From assembly GCA_051294905.1 (NCBI GenBank), contig CM119372.1:5644001-5708000 (forward strand): a DNA stretch of 64,000 bases, read 5' to 3'. Below are positions 38,549-52,906 of the stretch, piece by piece. The stretch comes from Botryllus schlosseri (taxonomy: Eukaryota). Numbering within the stretch: position 1 is the first letter of the stretch; each line of letters starts with the position of its first letter. The notes under the pieces were generated by a model. That model was not told the DNA's origin and made no database searches. It worked only from the letters and a program-made list of their open reading frames with translations. The translations under genes and the position numbers were made by a program.

Positions 38549-41500
38549 TACTTCAGTGTATACAGTAAGTATATATTTTCAGTGACTGGTGAATCTTATT
38601 CATTTTCAGTAATAGGCCAACTCCATGTCAGTATCCCTAAAACAAATTAATGGTTTATTTCAGTTTTTTAGATTCGACAGATATTTTGATGAAGTGATTT
38701 TGAAAGATATCTGAGTAGCCTACATCACAATTTCAAGTTTTTAAATTCAATATCCAGCTTTTCAAGTTGACACATGATAACAAACCAGCTTTTCCAGCTC
38801 ATTAAACCGTAAAGTTGATAGAATTTTTGGTAGGTCTGTACATGAGTTACATTGTTGAAGTTGATCTAATATATCATTCAAGTTTCAATTTAGCTTTTTT
38901 ATGTACGGCACTCAAGTTTAAAGTCATTGCTAATGAAAATCCTTGGAGTATCCCTCTCATTTCTGTCGAATTGAAAATTTTCATCACTTGTCATCATATG
39001 GAAGCTATTATAACATAGAATGCTGAAAAATGAGTTTTTATTGAATATATAATTTCAAAGTTGTGACAGCAATGTAGCCTAAATTGTAGGCAGAAGTTGG
39101 CGATTTGAATACTGTTTAGTCCCTCTTGAAACTGGCGTTCGCAATATTTGTGTGGACAGTGTTGCGCCAACAATATTTGAATTTGACGCTGTGTATGACT
39201 TGATTTTGAAAACCATTATGAGCCTGGCTCTGACCCCTTAACCTCATTTTATTGTCAGGTTCGAGAGCTTCTTCTATTCTATCTTTAGACGATAATACGA
39301 GGTGGTCTGGCTAAGCTGATTTATGACCGGTACCATTGCAAGCATTCAATGTAAAATTTACCATAAACATGAAACTATGTCTTGGTTAGGTAACTTCTGG
39401 GACAAATGGTGATTTGTAATATACCGGTATTTTTTTCTTTTCTGTAGGTACCGTACTTGTGCTGTGTGACCTGTTATGAATAAATATTTTTTCTTTTGCT
39501 GTAGAAATATAGTCCATGAGTTAATCCTTGTTGAGTGATCCGGTAATAATTCTTGATGACCATAAACTCCTCTAGGTTGAGTCATCTTGTCAAAGAAGGG
39601 AAGTCATTGTTGTTTGTTGTTGTTGTTGTTTTGAGTATTCATGAATCATGATGTCTCGACTGCTTTGGTAAGTTTACACCAGGCCAATATCATTTTGTTC
39701 CCGTATGATAGTTTCCATTTAGTTGTTCTTTTTTACTTTTGGTGTCATATTTCCTATCATCATTTTTATTTCTACTTTTTTGAAGTACTAAATACATCAA
39801 TTCAATTGTCCGGCCATAGAAGTTTCTTCATTCATTGGAAGTTTCAATTCTATGTAAGTGTTCTATCAAATTCATTGTTTGGTCGCCTTAGTGATCGATT
39901 AGCTGCTGGTCCTCATTCAGGGTTGTAATCGAGTCAAATGTCAATCCTATTTTTATATTTTGATCTGAGCCAAGTCGAGTCACTAAAATATCACCACTCG
40001 AGTCATTGCAATCCTGCCATCGTTGCCTTGAAAAAGTATGAACTTTTTCTTTTTGATTTTCCATTACCACTCTATTTGTGATTACTTTCACGCATGAAAA
40101 TCACATCTTGAACTTGAATGACACAGTTGCCTGTTGACTTTGTGATCTATTTTATATTAAATAGTTACATACAGCATTTAAACATTCTATAAATTTTGAC
40201 GGATTCTTCAAACATGCAGTGTATACAATAGTTGTATTGAGAGGGGTGGGTATGTGATGGCGGGTCCCCCCCAGAAGCTGGGTTTATAGATATATAGGGG
40301 GGCCCAATCCTAGGGTCACCACTGCTTCAAATATAACTTCTAAGAAGCAAAAGTAAATGTAATCGTGATGACATTTCCATGTGATCGTAATGATAACCAA
40401 CTACCTCGAGATTTTGCTGTAATGGTAACTGCGTGATTCGGAAGTAATCGTATCTGCAATCGATTACATTCATGAAGTAATCACCCATGTCTGGAATGAT
40501 GGTAGGCCTACACCTTCGTACAGGGGTTCACAAACCTTTTTTGAATAGTGTACCCTTTCGATTTATCTGTCTGCATAGCATACCCCATAAAAATGATGCT
40601 GCATAAAGTGCATGTAATAGAGCAGGGACGGCCAACCCCCGTGGCCCACTGGTACCCTCAAATATTTCTGACACTGCTGGGTAACTGGGTACCAATTTGC
40701 CATACTATACCTGTTCCATAAACGCCTGTTTCTCAATGTATTATAAACAAAATATTGAGGATTGCAAATAGCCTTCATAACGAATATAGGGACACTGGCT
40801 CTGGCAGGAGTAATCCAAGATCTATAGTAAGCTACGTATACTAACTCTCATAACCGCGGTAGCTGAGAAACAGAAATTTAATAAATTTTATGCAGATGAG
40901 GCTAGCAACGTTACACGGTATCGTAAAACATGCTGGTTCTGGCATGATAAATGCTGTATTTGACCTTTGACTGTATATCTCCTTTTTTACACCATTGAAT
41001 AGAATAACTCATCCTCACCATGTCATGTTAAATTCATTATTATGCAACAAAATGGTTTTCTACTAAATCGTTACATCAGAACAACTACTTGTATATTCAC
41101 AAGCATTGCCAATCTGCACTTCAAAATCTCTCTGTTATCTTTATGCTCCCAAATTCCAGGGTACGCATTGTATCTGAAGTGGATTTCAATGAAGGTTCGC
41201 AAGTGTCGCTATAATATGAGGATTTCCATGACAAAAGTGAGACAAGGGCTAGATTGGTGATCAATGACCATATAGTTGGTGTGCCGAAAATATTACGTAA
41301 TCTTATGCTCGTATAGAGATCAATATCTAGTCTAGTCCCATACAGACAATTATAATATTGACTTATTGAGCATTGTGATTATAATCCACACTTTTCAGCT
41401 AGGAATCCAAAAACAATTGTTAATTGCTTTCACCTGCCGTGAGGGCCAGGAAATACGTTTCATGCAGCAGCGCAATTAACTCACATATTGAGAGTCTTCA

Positions 41501-41573
41501 CTATCACACAAAGGATCATCAATGTGGGATTTGTGGGAAAGAAATGTGTGGAAAGAGTTGACTCAAGATTCAT

Positions 41574-43118
41574 ATGGATATTCATATGGGTGTCAGAAAT
41601 CGTTGTTGTGTTGTTTGTGGGAAAGAATTCCTACGAAACGGTGAGCTCAAGTCACACATGAATATGCATACCGGTGTCAAACGTCAAGAATGTGATATTT
41701 GTGGAAAAGAATTTTCGCGAAGGGATGGTCTCAAGACTCACATGGACGTGCATGCTGGTGTTATAAGCCATAATTGTGATATTTGTGGAAAAGAGTTCAC
41801 TCGAAAGAGTGGTCTGAACATACACATGACTATTCATACTGGAGTTAAATGCCATAAATGTGATGTTTGTGGAGAGGAATTCTCACAAAAGAGTAATCTC
41901 AAAACTCATATAGACCTACATGCTGGTGTTAAAAGCCATAAATGTGATGTCTGTGGAAAAGAATTCTCACAAAAAGGCAATCTCAAGACTCATATATACG
42001 TACATGCTGGTCTGAAAAGCCATAAATGTGATGTATGTGGCAAAGAATTCACGCGAAAGAGTGACCTCAAGCCACACTTAGTTATGCATGGAAGTATCAA
42101 AGGCCATATATGTGAGATTTGTGGAAAAGAATTCACAGAAAAGAGTAGTCTGAACCTACACATGACTATTCATACTGGAGTTAGAAGCCATAAATGTGAT
42201 GTTTGTGGAAAAGAATTCTCACGAAAGGGTCATCTCAAGACTCATACATACCTACATGCTGGTGTTAAAAGCCATAAATGTGATATATGTGGCAAAGAAT
42301 TCACGCGAAAGAGTGACCTCAAGCCACACTTAGTTATGCATGCAAGTATCAAAAGCCATAATTGTGAGATTTGTGGAAAAGAGTTCACTCGAAAGAGTGG
42401 TCTGAACATACACATGACTATTCATACTGGAGTTAAATGCCATAATTGTGATGTTTGTGGAAAAGAATTCTCACAAAAGGGTCATCTCAAGACTCATACA
42501 GACCTACATGCTGGTGTTAAAAGCCATAAATGTGATGTCTGTGGTAAAGAATTCACGCAAAAGAGTAACCTCAAGTCACACTTAGTTATGCATGCAAGTA
42601 TCAAAAGCCATAAATGTGACGTCTGTGATAAAGAATTCACGCGAAAGAGTGTCCTCGAGTCACACTTGGTTATGCATGCAAGTATCAAAAGCCATAAATG
42701 TGAAATTTGTGGACAAGATTTCACGCAAAAGAGTAGTCTGGGCCGACATATGGCTATTCATACTGGATTCAAATGCCATGAATGTGAATTTTGTGGAAAA
42801 GAATTCACACACCAGAGTAGTCTACATCTACACATGACTATACATGCTGGCATTAAATGCCATAAATGTGATATTTGTGGAAAAGAATTCACACACAAGA
42901 GTAGTCTGCACCTACACATGACTATACATACTGGCATTAAATGCCATAAATGTGATGTTTGTGGAAAAGAATTCTCACAAAAGGGTCATCTCCAGACTCA
43001 TACAGACCTACATGCTGGTGGTAAAAGCCATAGATGCGATGTCTGTGGTAAAGAATTCACGCAAAAGAGTGGCCTCAAGTCACACTTAGTTATGCATGCA
43101 AGTATCAAAAGCCATTAA
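41574..43118 (+). CDS. Tandem C2H2 zinc-finger protein, 18 intact fingers (possibly part of a pseudogene)
   Basis: 514-aa ORF of 28-aa CxxC-x12-HxxxH repeats. In-frame TGA in the preceding finger (~41559); the ORF ends at AAA->TAA within the array. Confidence 0.85.
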   Translation: MDIHMGVRNRCCVVCGKEFLRNGELKSHMNMHTGVKRQECDICGKEFSRRDGLKTHMDVHAGVISHNCDICGKEFTRKSGLNIHMTIHTGVKCHKCDVCGEEFSQKSNLKTHIDLHAGVKSHKCDVCGKEFSQKGNLKTHIYVHAGLKSHKCDVCGKEFTRKSDLKPHLVMHGSIKGHICEICGKEFTEKSSLNLHMTIHTGVRSHKCDVCGKEFSRKGHLKTHTYLHAGVKSHKCDICGKEFTRKSDLKPHLVMHASIKSHNCEICGKEFTRKSGLNIHMTIHTGVKCHNCDVCGKEFSQKGHLKTHTDLHAGVKSHKCDVCGKEFTQKSNLKSHLVMHASIKSHKCDVCDKEFTRKSVLESHLVMHASIKSHKCEICGQDFTQKSSLGRHMAIHTGFKCHECEFCGKEFTHQSSLHLHMTIHAGIKCHKCDICGKEFTHKSSLHLHMTIHTGIKCHKCDVCGKEFSQKGHLQTHTDLHAGGKSHRCDVCGKEFTQKSGLKSHLVMHASIKSH

Positions 43119-43780
43119 TGTGATGTCTGTGATAAAGAATTCACGCGAAATAGTGACTTCAAGTCACACTTGGTTATGCATGCAAGTATCAAAGGCCATA
43201 AATTAGAAATTTGTGGACAAGATTTCTCGTGAAAGAGTATTCTGAACCGACACATGGCTATTCATACTGGATTTAAATGCCATGAATGTGAATTTTGTGG
43301 AAAAGAATTCACACACAAGAGTAGTCTGCACCTACACATGACTATACAAATACACACTGGCATTAAATGCCATAAATGTGATGTTTGTAGTAACGAATTT
43401 TCCCAGAGGTCCAATTTCAAGACTCATATAGACGACGTACATGCTGGTGGTAAAAGCCATAAATGTGATGTCTGTGGTAAAGAATTCACGCGAAAAAGTA
43501 ACTTAAAATCACACTTGGTTGTGCATAAAAATATCAAAAGCCATAAATGTGCTGTTTATGGGAACGAATTCAGACAAAAGGGTCATCTCGAGACACACAT
43601 GAACGTACATGCTGGGGGCTGGTGTTCGAAACCATGAATGAGAGGTTTGCGGTAAAGAATTCACGGTAAAGGACAAACTCAAGATACATATCGAGGTGCA
43701 TGCTGGAATAAAAAAACATAAATATGGGACTCGTGTGAATTTGCATGCTGGTATCAAAGATCATAAAAGAATTCTACGAA
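43119..43780 (+). pseudogene. Decayed continuation of the C2H2 array (~7 fingers)
   Basis: Stops, Cys losses, small insertions and a frameshift near 43620; includes ORF 43254-43637. Confidence 0.85.
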
Positions 43781-46092
43781 GGCTAACCTTGTCAATGAAG
43801 TATTACTGAGAAAGAATTCGCTCAAATGACTGTCTTCCGGATTCCTATATTTATGCATGGCAGTGGTGTGATTGTTGTCTCAAATTACATCTTCCCTTCT
43901 TGCTAACTATTGGTTCCAGGTTTTGTTAGGAGTGGTGATTTCGTTGTGTTATCTGTTCATCTCCGTAATTTCGTTATCAAACACTTGGCACAGTAATGTG
44001 ACCGATTTCATTTGTATTGTTTCATGTTTCCTTTTATCCCTGCAATTGCACGAATCTGTACTGCTCACTCAATTGTGACATGATTGTTCAGATTTCTTTC
44101 AAGTACCCTTTAACCCGGCAGATTATCTGATCATCTGTACTTTCGGGTTGAAATCAAACTTTTCGAGAAATATCGGTTTCGGCCATTGGAGGTAAAAAAT
44201 ATGGGCACTTTTTGTGACCTCACGGTATGGCAGTTGGGGGTCAGTGAGCTATCATCTGCGACTACTAGACTGGGGATATTGATTTATTTCTTATAACTGA
44301 CAGGCTGATGTGGTCGAAGTGGACATCGATGGTATCCAAGTAGAAGCAGAAGTAACTTGCATTTCTATTAAAGTTAGAAGTGCTGATTTCCGATTATGTT
44401 AAAAGATTAATATTCTCAGCCTGGTTTTGTCTATATACTGAAATCTCTTGACAAGTAGTCAAATATCATAGCCGCTTGAATAATAATTGCACGTAGACAG
44501 ACTTACTTGAGTACTTTGAAAGAGTTATGAGTAGTTCGTTACTTAACATATATGCTTACAGCTTCCCAGATGCAGCCTTTCTAGTTTGTTTCAGGTCCTG
44601 TCCAAACATAGTAATGGCTGTAGAGCTGTTCAAGTACACGCTCCGAAGTTTTGGCAATTGGCCCTAAACTAGACACTACATTTTGATTAGATCGGGGTTA
44701 TCGATGAAGGTGCCAGATATCGTTATCGGCTCAAAAATCCGATATCGACCGGCCTATACTTTAAGCAGCACCGCTTTTTCGTTTATTAGAGAAACTTTTA
44801 TACCTCCATTTTTGTCTTCTTTTTTGCAGTCATGGTTATGGTGATGATCCTCCATCGTTGCTTCCCGTCTAAGTTGTGCATATGATACTTTTAGTAACGT
44901 TGTCAACTTTTTCGATGACCAATTTGCTGTCAGTATGCGACATTTATGTGGGTTAGATTTAGGGTTATGGTTAAGGTATAAATAAGGGATAATTTCATGA
45001 CTAGGTTTATGGCTAGGGTTTGTTTTGGAGTTACAAATACACATGCTCAAGTGACGCATGCTAAAGTGTGACATCCTTAACTGCCGTTTTTCATTGAGTC
45101 GCATGCTCATTGCTCATATATCAGGCAACCATGGGAACACGCTGTATAATCTATATCACCTATACCTCGTGATTTTCGTTCTGTATTATCATATGAATTG
45201 GCATAAATAATCTCGCTGTATTTCAATTACATGTAAGACTCACATGCATCCTATTGCACATTCATATTGATTCGACCAATATATTCATCCGAGGAAATAC
45301 TTCGTCGTATGCATCGTGTTCTGTCAGATCAAGAGCTAACGCAGCGCCGGTTGACCCAGCTGTTGCGAGTTGAATAATCGTTATATCCACATTTCACAAT
45401 GAACTCGCGTCAATATCGCAGGCTGTCGGACAAAACAACCTATGTCTTGCGTAATTTTCCCTAGAAGCTACGCGCGAGTGCACTGCTGACAAAGTATAGC
45501 ACAGAAAAATGTGTGCCGCGCACAAAAAAATCCACCTGTGATCACTACATCTTGATGATCATTAGACCAAATTGAAGACCATTTCGGATGTACAAATGCA
45601 CATCACAAATTTGTAATCAGTAATTCGTAGTTAGAAGAAGCGACACTATCTCTTTTTGCATAAGATGTATTAAAATGAGCTAAAACTCGAGTCTGTCGCA
45701 ACGAACGCCAGATTGTCGCAAAATTCGGCGATATTATCGTAAAAAAGTGGGTAATGCGTTTGAGTCGATCCGGGGCGTACGATATCGTTAATGGATGAAT
45801 TCAGTCAATAATATTGTTTCCCGGAACTGTCTCGTTCACCCCATAGATCAATCAACCGAACCATAGATCAATCAACCGAACTTCTGGAGGGCTTCTCTCC
45901 CTCCCATCTCACGGCTACTCGAAAGCCCTCTCATGACTAAGTTTTGTAAATAATATTAGTAATTGCATATTATACAATTGCCCACTTGATCTGAGCTACC
46001 GGTAGAGCCAGTTCTATATATCCCTGGGTAGAGCTAAGGGAGGTGGGCTTCGAAAGTGCAGGGCACGTTATTGATACACAATCAAATAAGTA

Positions 46093-47052
46093 GGGGAGAT
46101 GTGGTACCGATGGATCACTGGGACCTAATATACTTGAAAAATTGACCATGATAATTCCAAGATTACACTCCGTGAATTTTTCTACAATTACATGCTGAGA
46201 AAATCTTTCCTCACATGCAATAAAAGGGACCTGTGTAAGTTATGGGGTATGTGACGAATGATTTACGTTTTAGGGGGTGTAAAGTAAATTGGGATCGACA
46301 TTTGCATTTTTCTATATCACCTTTCAGACTAACAAACCCGCCATAATTTTTGATGTGAAGTAAAGAACTTGTATCAGGGTATATAACGGCACATATTTTT
46401 TTAATCAATACCATCCACGAGTGGTCTATTTTCAAGTCAATTACAATATCAATGGGGTGGGGGACCTATGGTACCATGGTCAAATCAAGCAAAATAGATG
46501 GACGAACTAATTACTTAACAACAGAAACTCGCCTACATATATATAGGCTGTAAATCATAGTTACCTGTGGTGTTTTATCGCTATTACGAGGTATTTGAAA
46601 GTCAAAATGTCGATTTGCGGGTAATACGTATGTGGCATTAATTTTGTAAATTTAGGCGTAAATCAAAACATGATTTTATGCCAAAATTTGAGTTGATATA
46701 ATCTATTTTATTCTTGAAGGTCGCGACGAAACATTCTTCACTGGCTTGCTGTAGCTTAGCTTATAGTACACAACAAAACAAGTGACAAATTTGAGTTTTT
46801 GAGCGTATGTCTCATAGGTCCCATGGTCGTGTGCCTTTGGACCCACCGGGCGGGGACCGATGACACGTTCGAGCAACAAATTTTAAACGTTTATAAATAA
46901 TTTTTGAAAAGGCGGATATTAATGTAAATGTCTGCGATAGGTATAGCTTGTATCGAAGTGTTGAGACAGCAAAAGATCTGCTATTCTCGGCTGAAGATTT
47001 GAGGGCCAGAGATAATTTTGCAATTTTTGATCCATCGGTACCACATGTCCCC
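46093..47052. mobile_element. Tc1/mariner-pogo-type MITE
   Basis: 25-bp TIR GGGGA(G/C)ATGTGGTACCGATGGATCA flanked by TA. Confidence 0.88.
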
Positions 47053-48936
47053 TATACATATACGTAGGCGGTCGTTGCGATTAATTAATAGAAGGCATGT
47101 TGTTATTTCGTGACGTCACGGCTGACATATGGCAACTATATATCGGAATCGCGCAAATGCACCAGACTAAACAAAAATAAGAACCTTTTACCCGAGACAC
47201 ACACGATTCAAAGTTGACATTTCATTACTTGGTGCTGCATTTTCTCAGATTGCCAAGACATGACTATTCGGTGCCGACCATTCAGCCACATATATAAACA
47301 ACTGGACAATTAGACATGAACATTGGACATATATATAATATATATATCAACGGCGCCGAAATGCCTATTTCTACATATTAAACTAAATCAATTTTTTCCC
47401 GGGACATAGGGTACTCATATTAGAATCAAGTCATGTACGTAACGCGACATTACATCGCGCCAAGCGCGAATAGAAATTTCAACGAAATCGTTTTGGGCCC
47501 TGTGCTGCTGCTGTGGTGACTTCAAAAATTTAGAAGGATAACAATTATTCATCTTGAGTTATCATGTTCATACCACACGATAAGACTCTTTATGACGAGT
47601 TTCTGGAGGGTGAGCGTCGGGCGGGGCACTTGTAATTACTTACTTGGTTTAAACATGCTGTTTTTTCGTAACGTCCAGACAAAATTGCCGCCACTCAAAA
47701 GATCGCCCACACGTAGCACGACGAGTTAGAGTGGAAATTTGGTCTTTGGAGAGACGCGCACGATTCTCAATTTCATTCATTCACGGGGCGCAATATTTAG
47801 TGCCTCTGCACCCTGCATCTGTACCGCGGGACTCAGATTGTAATGACTGTGCCATGCAGCTCAACAATGACTGGGTCATGTAGCCAGAGTTCAAAGAACT
47901 TGTTGACAATTTGATTGACCACAGATGTTTTATCGATTGACTGCAACAGCTATAGAAGTATATAGCCTGCATTACGCTAAGAAATTCATTAAATACTGTT
48001 TTCGGTCTCTGGGCTTTAACCATAAAGTTTACATTGAATACGATAAATTACTTCTATATATTGGTGGATAAATATGGGATTCATGTTTCGACTCAGGAAT
48101 CCGGCCCGACGACAGAAGAAGTTGCCCGCCCCTGTCCTAACTCATTTTGTGTTCACAATAGAGACTTTCTTCTTAAGACATATAGAAACATGAAGCTTCC
48201 GCAGATTTTTAGCTATATATCATGACTCTACGACCAGCGGTTGCCGAGATGGGCTATTTTACCCCCCCCACGCGCAGAAATTGGGGGGTTGCCGGTGGAA
48301 AATGGGGGCAATACCCGGAAGTCACTTTTAATTGAAGTTTTAGGTCATTTGCCAGGATTGAGGAAGCCCTTTTTTCGATTTGAAAAAAAGTCATTTTCAT
48401 TCCACCCTAGCTCAACTATCAGGAATGAAGTACTTCAACTTTACTGAAGTACTCAAGTCGGTTTCATCTACTTCTAGTACTTAATCAAGTGGAAATTATT
48501 TTTCGCTTCTTCTACTTCATAATATTTTGTGATTTACTTGCATACTCTTCGCTATTTACAGTTTCTGAAGTAGAAGTATTATATTCTTCCAATGAGAGAG
48601 TGAGAAAGAGAGAATGAGACGGAGAAATGTATTGAATTTTTTCGTGTAGTACCAGCAATAATAATAACTAGTACAAAAGTTAAGAAGAGTTCAGAATTTT
48701 TGTCGTACTTCGCGCGAAATAAATATTGAGTGACAAGTATGTTTTCACGAAAGTGTCGGTCAGTATAATTTGGGTAGCAGGTTCCTTTCATTCAGTGTTG
48801 TCGCCCATATGACATGTTTAATTACAGATATGTCCCAGAATAAAGATTTTGAACTATCAAATCGTAATCTAGCATTCTAGCTGCACAGCGAGTGTTCAAA
48901 TAGGGGAAAATGGTACCTGACATTTTAGCATTAGAC

Positions 48937-49622
48937 CAGGGCCGGCCAACCCATGTGGCCCGCGAGGTAATTTCCGAGATTAGTAATATTATCAAAAATG
49001 GATTGCACAGATTGTGAACTTGCAAAGCCAAACAAGAATTCGATTGGTCTGGTCGCAACACTTGAGATGTGCTGACTAAAATATCAGTTCTGACGCATTG
49101 GCAGATCCATGAGCCAGTCACATTTTGGTAGATCTTCGTACACTACACTAAAGCAGAATAATTTGCGATAGATTTATCAAAAGTAAAAAATTCCTGTCCG
49201 CTTCGCGCAACATGTTGTCACTTGATTTCTTGCTTTTAATATTGTTACCCAATTTTTGAAATGAAAGAACTCCTAATGTATCAGACTGAGTCTAACTATA
49301 TTCGCTATCACGAGACAAAGTGTCGTTCAGCATATGCGCCCTTGCGTTTGCGCTAGCAGAAAGACCGTCGACAATGAAACCTAGGCCCAAAATGATTGGC
49401 GCATGTTGGTCGTAGCTTTCGATATCGATATGTTTAGGCGCCGCTTACTCCAGTCCTTGCAAACCGATCCCAACGATATACAGCAGGCCCGCAAGATTGT
49501 CAAATGACAATATTATTGACCTATGAACTTCGAGAAATTTTCGCGCATGGCGCGGCTAGTGGCCCGTGCTTTAGCTCGTCAACCGAATGTGGCCATTTGG
49601 CTAGAAAGGTTGGCCACCCCCT
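48937..49622. mobile_element. hAT MITE
   Basis: CAGGGCCGGCCAACC...GGTTGGCCACCCC; inverted homolog of 26538-27263. Confidence 0.8.
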
Positions 49623-49626
49623 AGAC

Positions 49627-50827
49627 TGGGGGTGGGCAAACTACGGCCAGCGGGCCGCATGCGGCCCCCAACACGGTTCTGTGCGGCCCGCGAGATTCTA
49701 AAGACACCTTTTTTAAATATTGATAAAATGCGTACTAAAAATCGAAATATTGCAGGGACTTGATTAAACTTTTTCTTAGTATATTTCACCATGATAATTC
49801 AGTGGTTCTCAAACTGGGGGCACACCCTTGGGGGCGTGAAAGCATCTGAAGGTGGCGTGAAGCTGAACTCAACTGAAAAATTTTTCGCGCTCCGCGCGAT
49901 TTAGTAACAATTCATGGTTATTGCTCTGTATTTAGTATGAATTTCACATTTTCAAATCTCTCATCCACAGTCGTAACCTTCCATGTCATCAAACTATCCA
50001 TTATGTTTGCTAGCTTCCTGGCTACGTTTTGTGATATGACGATGACGGGTGCGCGCAATCTTTCACCATCATAAAAGTGGGGGGACGGCGTATCTTAAAA
50101 AGTTTGAGAACCACTGTTCCAAGGTTGATACTTCCTATATTATTTTTTTATGTTTAACTTGGCAGCGCGACAGCCCGATCTCAAGGCGCACACAGTTTAA
50201 AAGGTTTCAACTGCTAAGCATCACAGAAATCCTGAACGAGATTGACATAATTCGGATCGCGAGTGAGATTTTAAATTGGCTACTCCTGTTTTAATTATTT
50301 CAGGGATGTGCTTATAAAAAACGATTCGCTCGAGTCTCAGAGGTAGATTCATTCTGTGTATGCGTATAATTGGGGTATTATTATTTTATCTACACCTGCG
50401 TGTTTCAAGCAAACATGGTTATGATGCTGTCAGCATTGTGTGTTCTGGAATTTAGGTAAAAGTGGAATCAGTAAATCTATAAACAGATCGTTGCTCACAG
50501 ATTTAAATTTCAATCCTGTTCTAAGAATCGGGATAACTGACTTTCATCTCTATAGTTCTGACAAATTGGTTATTGAGGTCGGCCAGCGTATGAAATCTCG
50601 CGACTATATGTTTATGACGCGTGTAAGATATCACCAAAGCAATGTTTGGTTTGTTTTAAATAAGCGTATATACTATCTCCGTGTCCTCACTATATAATCA
50701 AATACCAATATTGCGTTTTGGTTTATAATCGCGTTTTGGTTTATAATCCCAATTTTATATAGTGCGGCCCGCGAATGGATTCAGATGTTGAATGCGGCCC
50801 GCGGGCTCAAAGGTTTGCCCACCCCTG
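49627..50827. mobile_element. hAT MITE containing a smaller MITE (~49800-50116)
   Basis: GGGGTGGGCAAAC...GTTTGCCCACCCCTG; TSD ccctagac/ccttagac; inverted homolog of 31682-32648. Confidence 0.85.
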
Positions 50828-51739
50828 CCTTAGACCATCGAGCGTCAAACCCCGTTGAAGCTGCATTGAATAAATACATGAAATATATTGTAGTTGTATT
50901 TCTCTTTATGTGCGGTAACGTTACGGAAAGGTCTTCTAATTAGTCTTAGTTATTTTGTCCAGAGTACATGCACTTCGAAGTCTAAAATTACGAAGTAAAA
51001 GAAATATAAATGACATTTTACGAGCTACCCCATTGTTATTTTACGTAACAATCATCGCGTAAAACGGTCATGCCGTTTCTCATACAACTCCATGTTGCTT
51101 TTCGCCTCAATTGCGGGTCGTATAATACTGTGGAGGTCACAATTCAATGACATGATCTGAAATGGCGTTCTGGGTTAAACAAAAGTCAAGAGCCGCTTTT
51201 TTAAAGCATGACTTAAATTGGGAGCTTTGGAGGTTCACCTACGCTCCTTCTCCTGATATCATCCGCGCAAGCGGTGTTATACAAAAAGTGTAGAAGTCGG
51301 CAGTTACGGAATCAAAAATAATGAATGTCGGCCTGATGTAAATGACCATTGTAGTCGATAAACACCACGAATACTACAAACAAACAAACAAACAAAACTA
51401 TCATTCGCATCCCAGGATGCGGTCAAATTCTTATGTGTGCAAACTTTGTACTAAGCAGCACGAATCCAGCGCTCTGTACCGTCTAAAGTGCCTAGCTTCC
51501 GGCTTTTAGCAGCCCATGGGAGCGTATTTACGACTGCTTCTCACAACTCCTTCATTTGTATATTTTAACGTCGCAACTTTTACTTCTACTCGAAGTAGTT
51601 TTAGGATGCTTTCAAAAGTACTACTTCTATTACTTCTACTCGAGTAGCTGTCTTGATTACTTTGACCACCTCTGGTATTCAAACTACATTTTGAATAGCT
51701 CATGCGGTAATGAGATAGTTTATATATAGTTCGACTTAC

Positions 51740-52415
51740 GGGAATTGATAATGAACTATCAAGTCAAATGTAACCGTAACAGTGTCCATGGCAACTACGA
51801 CGCAAGATAGTTTGGATTGATTGAAGGGCATGTCTAAGATTTTGAGCAGGACCGTCGCATCCATAAGTTTCTCTAGGCTTACGCAATAAGTTGCTATGTA
51901 CACACAGTTTTATTTTCGCAATGAGTATATGCAAACAGTTAGACTCGAAAGCGCAAGAAAGGAATTTAATCAGGGGACGATTGGTTTGTTTACGTATATA
52001 AATCAAGACACCCGACATATACGCTATCATACCGCAACTGTGTAATATTCTTGAGCGAGACTGAATTCACGTGTTGGATTAATGGCTTGTTAATGAAACG
52101 CATCCAAGCAGGGGATGTTGGAGTCAATACGGGGTTAAAGATTGCCGAAACTACTTGAAATATCAATCTATAATTATGGGTTGATCAAACCATGCTTCGG
52201 AAGAGATAATCTGCTATTGAAGTCTTGAAGGTGTAACGAAGTTGTGAGAGTTAATATTTCAAAGGATGAGATATTATGTCGTGCTGTATGTCATATAAAT
52301 TCCGAGTTTATGAACCTGGATGATGAATAATAATCTTTGAAAATACAATAATGATACGATAATTATCGTTGGTAGCGGATTGCGTACTAAACGCAATATT
52401 CCCAACCCGTTTCAT
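51740..52415 (-). pseudogene. Decayed 5' exons of a gene divergent from the 52630 gene
   Basis: Phase-1 exon 52415-52316 (MKRVG..RIIIVFSKIIIHHP); remnant PIIID*YFK..PY*; NSVSLKNITQLR|gtatga; DATVLLKILDMPFNQSKLSCVVVAMDTVTVTFDLIV..|gtaagt (donor after 51740). Confidence 0.35.
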
Positions 52416-52629
52416 ACGGTGTTATCAGAAACATATATAATTGCTTCTTCATACGAGAAAAGTTTGGGATCTTTGGATTTTCCGTCTCATTTTACACCAT
52501 CAGTATAAAAGTAATAAAATTATCATATAATATTGTGTTATATCATGTAGTAGAATAAATATATAAATATTGTGAATTGCAACCAATTGCTGTCATCTTG
52601 GTGGGATCTGGATTTGCTATACTTGCGTC

Positions 52630-52708
52630 ATGGATTCTGCGATAAGCCGTGCCATACTCGGTATGATAACGATTTACCTATCATACTGTCGTCACGTCTT
52701 TGCTGCAG
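52630..52708 (+). CDS. Putative signal-peptide exon
   Basis: MDSAISRAILGMITIYLSYCRHVFAA + G|gttagt (phase 1); acceptor ctttacag follows at ~52806. Confidence 0.5.
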
Positions 52709-52906
52709 GTTAGTAAGTCTGTTTAGTCGATCGAGATTGCACCAATCGGCATAAGTGAATCCGAATATAACTATCTCAGTCCTGATTTCAATGTTGATCT
52801 TTACAGAGTAGATGGCGTTGACATACCAGTTGAAACAAAATTACGAGTTGGACAGGTTGCGGCAAATGGCAAATCAAATGAGTGTTGATTGCATCCGGTT
52901 TGAAAG

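Noticed and set aside
38550..41398. Upstream exons or an effector domain of the zinc-finger gene
   Set aside because: Several splice-like sites, but no coherent frame or recognisable domain.
26538..50827. Large inversion bounded by inverted repeats
   Set aside because: The matches are separate MITE family copies, most with their own TSDs.
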